DNA of 11,204 nucleotides from Giardia intestinalis (Eukaryota): NCBI GenBank assembly GCA_000002435.2, contig AACB03000029.1; one strand, 5' to 3'. Shown piece by piece: positions 6,747 to 11,204 of this stretch (position 1 is its first letter; each line of letters starts with the position of its first letter). The notes under the pieces were generated by a model. It saw only the letters and a program-made list of their open reading frames with translations, ran no database searches and was not told where the DNA came from. The position numbers and the translations under genes were made by a program.

Positions 6747-8573
6747 TCACGCCTTCCCCCTGCACACGAACCACCAGCAGAGGAAGCCCACGAGGCCCCC
6801 CACGACAGCGATGACAGCCACGGAGATCCCTGCTATGGCACCAGTACTGAGGCCGCTTCTGTTGCCCCCGCTGGGCTTGGTGGACACGCACGCCTCACCC
6901 TCCAGCCTGTAGTCGTCCCCACACTGGCCGCACTTGTTCTCCTCGCTGCACCTGACGCACCCGTCGATATTGCAGGCGATGCACTTCGTTCCGTCTGTGT
7001 TCGGCCTCTGGTCTTTACTGGTACAGGCCTCGCACTTATCGCCTGCTCCACAGTGCGAGCATCCGTCAACGGTACATGCGAAGCACCCGCTCCCAGCCAG
7101 GTTGGGCTTGTTGTTGTTGGTACACGCTGTGCACGTGGCGGCAGTCATGCCACCATCAGATGGAGCTGCTGGGGCTGTACACTGTGAACAGTTGAGTACC
7201 CCCACGTATGCCTTAGCAGTATCACCAGTGCCTACTAGTGTGCCTAGGGGGTTCTCGCAGGCCAGGACAGACTGATCAGTATTGGATGCCCCCGGGACCA
7301 GGAAGTACCGGCCGTTCTCGCTGGGGGCGGTGCACCTCCCTCCCTCGGCAGTCTTGCACATGTGGCTGCCAGGAGCCTTCGACACATCATAGCAGCCGCC
7401 CATGTACAGGAAGAACCCGGCAGCACACCGGGTGCAGACGCCATTGGCACAGGTGTTGTCACCCTTAGTTCCTGTGCAGATCCCATCGATGGGGAACGTG
7501 GCGGGGTCTCCGCACAGCGAGCAGTACTGGGAGAACGCCCCGGCGCTGTCAACGACGACCGCCCCGCAGGCCCCAGACGTCCCCCCGCAGGCCGTGGGGT
7601 CCTCGCAGGCCTTTGTGCACTTCACCGGATTGGTTCCCTCCTTGCGATAGTTGGACTTGCAATCGGTGCATGTAGGGGTTAGGCCGCTGTTACATTGGGA
7701 GCACCCCTCGATGCCATTGTCGGCTTTACTGTCGCAGGCGAAGCACTTACCAGCAGAGCCGGGTTGTTTCATGAAGAATCCAGGCTTGCATTTAGTGCAC
7801 TGATCATTGCCAGCAGCAGAGCATGTAGCACAGTTGGCACCGCAAGCTGTGCATGTATCAGAACCAAAGTATCCGTCGAGGCAAGCTGAGCAGGTCGGCT
7901 TGGCTCCGTTCTTCTTACACGTTTTACAATTAGCAATCCCCTTGTCGTTTGCTTCTGTTCCTGTTGTTGTATCACTGCATAATATGCACTTGGTGCTATC
8001 ATCACTCAGAAAGTGGGATCCGTCGACGTTATCTGTTGCGCACCCAGCATCATCGACGCAAGTGGTTGTCCCATCCAGCTCTGTCTTCACCTTCTTATTG
8101 TTACAGGCGGTGCACTGGGGCTTGCTGACAGTCGTGTTGTACTCACACGCGGTGCAATCTGCTATACCAGACTCCTTGCATGTCATTGTCATAGGGTCAG
8201 CATAAGTGTTTCCAGTGCATCCATCACTATTCACGCATGCATTATCCTTCAGGAACGTATTTCCCTTACAAGAGGTACACTGGGTCGCCGATGTCTCACA
8301 GGTCAGACAAGTACCATCACATTTGGTACATGCCTGAGAGTCCATGTAGTACCCATCTTGACACTCGGTGCACGTGGCCGCTCCTGTATTGCCACCAGGT
8401 GCCGTGCACTTGAGACAGTTGGCCACTCCCTTATATCCATTCGCTCCTGTGGCATCATGACAGAGTATGCACTCCCCACCAGGGGTCACCTTGTCTGCCC
8501 CATTCTGGAATATGTACTGACTATCTGTATTACAAGCAGTGCATACTCCATTACTGGCCTGTGTGCATATCAC
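6747..8573 (-). CDS. vsp: Variant-specific surface protein cassette E (608 codons). The track's 'M' is a GTG at 8571-8573. The frame opens at 8579 after a TAG (8580-8582) and reads 'WSVICTQASNGVCTACNTDSQYIF...'.
   Basis: CXXC-rich with GGCY in 'YMGGCYDVSKAPG'. The C-terminal 130 codons are identical to those of cassette C and end in 'CRGKA*'. Confidence 0.85.
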   Translation of the reverse strand: MICTQASNGVCTACNTDSQYIFQNGADKVTPGGECILCHDATGANGYKGVANCLKCTAPGGNTGAATCTECQDGYYMDSQACTKCDGTCLTCETSATQCTSCKGNTFLKDNACVNSDGCTGNTYADPMTMTCKESGIADCTACEYNTTVSKPQCTACNNKKVKTELDGTTTCVDDAGCATDNVDGSHFLSDDSTKCILCSDTTTGTEANDKGIANCKTCKKNGAKPTCSACLDGYFGSDTCTACGANCATCSAAGNDQCTKCKPGFFMKQPGSAGKCFACDSKADNGIEGCSQCNSGLTPTCTDCKSNYRKEGTNPVKCTKACEDPTACGGTSGACGAVVVDSAGAFSQYCSLCGDPATFPIDGICTGTKGDNTCANGVCTRCAAGFFLYMGGCYDVSKAPGSHMCKTAEGGRCTAPSENGRYFLVPGASNTDQSVLACENPLGTLVGTGDTAKAYVGVLNCSQCTAPAAPSDGGMTAATCTACTNNNKPNLAGSGCFACTVDGCSHCGAGDKCEACTSKDQRPNTDGTKCIACNIDGCVRCSEENKCGQCGDDYRLEGEACVSTKPSGGNRSGLSTGAIAGISVAVIAVVGGLVGFLCWWFVCRGKA

Positions 8574-8579
8574 ACTCCA

Positions 8580-8604
8580 CTATCATACTATCACCCTCTA
8601 TCAC
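8580..8604 (-). repeat. Junction J5: in-frame stop plus CTATCA(C) repeats at 8580, 8588 and 8598
   Basis: The plus strand reads 'cacactccactatcatactatcaccctctatcacacattg'. Confidence 0.75.
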
Positions 8605-8616
8605 ACATTGTACAGC

Positions 8617-8623
8617 ATTCACT
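8617..8623 (-). promoter_or_regulatory. Polyadenylation signal AGTGAAT for cassette F
   Basis: 'attcact', 7 nt 3' of the stop at 8631-8633. Confidence 0.75.
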
Positions 8624-8630
8624 ACCCAAG

Positions 8631-10238
8631 TCACGCCTTCCCCCTGCACACGAACCACCAGCAGAGGAAGCCCACGAGGCCCCCCACGACAGCGACCACA
8701 GCGACGGAGATCCCCGCGATGGCCCCCGTGGAGAGCCCGCTCCTGTTGGTACTCATAGACACACAGGAGGTCCCACTGCTGTCTAGACTGTACCCATCAA
8801 CACACTCCCCACACACATCATCCACCACACAGCTCTTGCAGTCACTCACAGAGCACAGCACACACCCACTACCATCCCTGTTGGGCTTCTTACTACTGTC
8901 ACAAGAGGTACACACAGCGACAGTCATACCAGCCCCAGTCAGAGCTGCTGGGGCTGTACACTGCGAACAGCCATCCACCCCCACATATGCCTTAGAGGTA
9001 TCACCAGTGCCTACTAGTGTGCCAAGGGAGTTGCTACATGCTAATACAGACTGATTCTGATTGGTTGCCCCAGGGACTACGAAGTACCTATTGTTGGCAT
9101 TAACAGCAGTACAGACACCGTTGGCTGCTGTCTTGCACATATGTTGTCCAGGTACTGTATCAACCTTGTAACAACCTCCCATATACAAGAAGTAGTTGTT
9201 AGTGCATTGTGTACATACACCTTGATCACATTGATTATTTGCTTTAGCACTATTACACTTCCCATCTATAGGATACGTATTAGCTTCTCCACAGTATGAG
9301 CAATAATGATGCTCTACACCCTTATCATCAATCACTATTGCATCGCAGGCACCAGAAGTTCCTCCACAGGCAGTATCATCTTCACAGATCTTGGTGCATG
9401 TGACAGAGCCAGTACTGCCCTCCTTGCGATAGTTAGGCTTACAGTCAGTGCACTTGAAAGCACCGTTGTTAGAGCAGACACTGCAGCCTTCGCGACCCTT
9501 ATCGTCTACGCTATCGCATGGGACGCACTTCTTCCCCTGTTGATCTGTAGTAGTTACTAAGAAGTATCCAGTCTTGCAGGTTTCACACTTATTTGGATCA
9601 CCAGCAACAGAGCATGTGGCACAGTTATCACCACACTTGTCTGTACATGTACTAGTACCACTATCAAAGAAGTATCCATCGAGACAGGCTGAGCAGGTTG
9701 GATTGTCACTTCCTGTTTTCGTACATGTCTTGCAGTTGGCCTTTCCTTCGTTACCAAGAGTTGAATCTGTCACATCACTACAAAGAGCACACGTTTTGTC
9801 CTCCTTCATAAATAAGGCCTCGTCAGCGCCCTCGCATCCTTCAAGCGTCTTCGCCACGCAGGTCGATGTCCCGTCGAGGGCCGTCCTGGGGGTCTTATTG
9901 GTCCCGCAGTTAGTGCACTTTGGCTTCCCCGTGGCCTTGTCGAAGGAGCATGCCGTGCACTCTGCGTGTATCGTACTACATGCCTTGCATGTTCCCGACT
10001 CCGGGTCAGCATAAGTGTTTCCATCGCATCCAGTATCTTGTACACATTGATTACTCTTCAGGTACTTCCCCTCTGGGCACGATGTACAATGATTCTGACC
10101 ACTTCCATCGCAGGTCAGACAAGCTTCATTACATTTGACACATGTCTGAGAGTTCTTGTAGTATCCATCTTGGCACTCTGTACACGTGGCAGGTCCTGGA
10201 CTACTGTCTGACTTGGTACACTGTGCGCAGTTAGCCAC
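8631..10238 (-). CDS. vsp: Variant-specific surface protein cassette F (535 codons in the track). The track's 'M' is a GTG at 10236-10238. The frame opens at 10388 after a TAG (10389-10391) and reads 'WSEICTKAEGGLCTACKTANGLFKNPVTPQKPGSECILCHDVNGADGYTGVANCAQCTKSD...'.
   Basis: CXXC-rich with GGCY. It ends in '[40 protein letters not shown]'. The core 8981-10008 is near-identical to cassette C, and the 5' part is near-identical to window start 1-990. Confidence 0.85.
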   Translation of the reverse strand: MANCAQCTKSDSSPGPATCTECQDGYYKNSQTCVKCNEACLTCDGSGQNHCTSCPEGKYLKSNQCVQDTGCDGNTYADPESGTCKACSTIHAECTACSFDKATGKPKCTNCGTNKTPRTALDGTSTCVAKTLEGCEGADEALFMKEDKTCALCSDVTDSTLGNEGKANCKTCTKTGSDNPTCSACLDGYFFDSGTSTCTDKCGDNCATCSVAGDPNKCETCKTGYFLVTTTDQQGKKCVPCDSVDDKGREGCSVCSNNGAFKCTDCKPNYRKEGSTGSVTCTKICEDDTACGGTSGACDAIVIDDKGVEHHYCSYCGEANTYPIDGKCNSAKANNQCDQGVCTQCTNNYFLYMGGCYKVDTVPGQHMCKTAANGVCTAVNANNRYFVVPGATNQNQSVLACSNSLGTLVGTGDTSKAYVGVDGCSQCTAPAALTGAGMTVAVCTSCDSSKKPNRDGSGCVLCSVSDCKSCVVDDVCGECVDGYSLDSSGTSCVSMSTNRSGLSTGAIAGISVAVVAVVGGLVGFLCWWFVCRGKA

Positions 10239-10388
10239 CCCTGTATATCCATCTGCCCCATTGACATCATGACAGAGGATGCACTCACTACCAGGCTTCT
10301 GAGGTGTAACTGGGTTCTTGAACAGGCCGTTAGCTGTCTTACAAGCAGTGCACAGTCCTCCCTCAGCCTTTGTGCATATCTCACTCCA

Positions 10389-10413
10389 CTATCATACTAT
10401 CACCCTCTATCAC
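10389..10413 (-). repeat. Junction J6: in-frame stop plus CTATCA(C) repeats at 10389, 10397 and 10407
   Basis: The plus strand reads 'ctccactatcatactatcaccctctatcacacattg', identical to J4. Confidence 0.75.
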
Positions 10414-10425
10414 ACATTGTACAGC

Positions 10426-10432
10426 ATTCACT
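10426..10432 (-). promoter_or_regulatory. Polyadenylation signal AGTGAAT for cassette G
   Basis: 'attcact', 7 nt 3' of the stop at 10440-10442. Confidence 0.75.
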
Positions 10433-10439
10433 ACCCAAG

Positions 10440-11204
10440 TCACGCCTTCCCCCTGCACACGAACCACCAGCAGAGGAAGCCCACGAGGCCCCCCACGACA
10501 GCGATGACAGCGACGGAGATCCCTGCTATGGCACCAGTACTGAGGCCGCTCTTGTTGCCCCCGCTGGGCTTGGTGGACACGCACGCCTCACCCTCCAGCC
10601 TGTAGTCGTCCCCACACTGGCCGCACTTGTTCTCCTCGCTGCACCTGACGCACCCGTCGATATTGCAGGCGATGCACTTCGTTCCGTCTGTGTTCGGCCT
10701 CTGGTCTTTACTGGTACAGGCCTCGCACTTATCGCCTGCTCCACAGTGCGAGCATCCGTCAACGGTACATGCGAAGCACCCGCTCCCAGCCAGGTTGGGC
10801 TTGTTGTTGTTGGTACACGCTGTACACACAGCAGCAGTCATACCAGTCTCGATGGAGCTGCTGGGGCCGTACATGCCGAACAGCCATCTACCCCCACATA
10901 TGCCTTAGAGGTATCACCAGTGCCTACTAGTGTGCCAAGGGAGTTGCTACATGCTAATACAGACTGATTCTGATTGGTTGCCCCAGGGACTATGAAGTAC
11001 CTATTGTTGGCATTAACAGCGTACAGACACCGTTGGCTGCTGTCTTGCACAATATGTTGTCCAGGTACTGTATCAACCTTGTAACAACCTCCCATATACA
11101 AGAAGTAGTTGTTAGTGCATTGTGTACATACACCTTGATCACATTGATTATTTGCTTTAGCACTATTACACTTCCCATCTATAGGATACGTATTAGCTTC
11201 TCCA
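10440..11204 (-). pseudogene. vsp: VSP cassette G, a 3' partial copy of cassette C (offset about +7413) running off the window end and disrupted by three single-base indels
   Basis: Bases 10440-10853 are near-identical to 3027-3440 and 6747-7160 and encode '...[61 protein letters not shown]...CRGKA*'. Upstream there is a 1-bp deletion near 10855-10880. 'agcgtacag' at about 11028 corresponds to 'agcggtacag' in C. 'gcacaatatg' at about 11050 corresponds to 'gcacatatg' in C. Confidence 0.65.

Noticed and set aside
8013-8786. Long plus-strand ORFs (e.g. 8013..8786 at 257 aa, 10269..10967 at 232 aa, 221..661/4075..4545/9574..10014, 916..1401)
   Set aside because: These are antisense to the VSP coding strand. 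Frames stay open because the reverse complements of the abundant TGC/TGT/GGC/ACC codons are not stops. They recur only because the underlying blocks are duplicated. They overlap junction stops, and nothing in the sequence gives them independent support.
1-11204. Reading the regular ~1.9-kb periodicity with conserved ~100-bp junctions as a CRISPR-like or satellite array
   Set aside because: The units are 1.8-1.9-kb protein-coding cassettes of a eukaryotic (Giardia) family with poly(A) signals. The unit sizes are far outside CRISPR repeat and spacer dimensions, and the repeats are homologous genes, not short direct repeats.
1-11204. tRNA, rRNA, transposon, integrase or other non-VSP genes
   Set aside because: The entire window is accounted for by VSP cassettes and their junctions. 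No cloverleaf-like or rRNA-like segments were noticed, and there are no non-VSP ORFs with a coherent protein-like composition.

Overview
The whole 11.2-kb window is a head-to-tail array, all on the minus strand, of at least seven cassettes (five complete or nearly complete, plus one truncated at each window edge) encoding Giardia-type variant-specific surface proteins (VSPs). The family call rests on several sequence features. There are dense CXXC/CXC cysteine motifs and the GGCY motif (e.g. 'YMGGCY'). Each cassette ends in a hydrophobic segment with the invariant VSP tail '...[17 protein letters not shown]' and a stop codon. A Giardia AGTRAAY polyadenylation signal (AGTGAAT) lies 7 nt after each stop. 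The sequence is therefore diplomonad (Giardia), not bacterial, and the genes are intron-less. Cassettes are 1.8-1.9 kb long. They are separated by conserved ~100-bp junctions made of the poly(A) signal, 3-5 degenerate TATCAC repeats and an in-frame stop. Immediately after that stop the next VSP reading frame opens as 'W-S-x-I-C-T-K/Q-A...'. It has no ATG at the frame start, no hydrophobic signal peptide and no AT-rich initiator. The cassettes are strongly mosaic. Near-identical blocks of 0.8-1.0 kb are shared between different cassettes with different offsets, and one block crosses a junction. This indicates segmental gene conversion within the array. Three cassettes carry 1-2-bp indels, mostly at homopolymers. 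Cassette D has two frameshifts, cassette G has three, and cassette B has two compensating ones. These are either real decay or assembly errors in a collapsed repeat. No tRNA, rRNA, CRISPR or mobile-element features were seen. The plus-strand ORFs in the track are antisense artefacts of the Cys-codon-rich coding strand.
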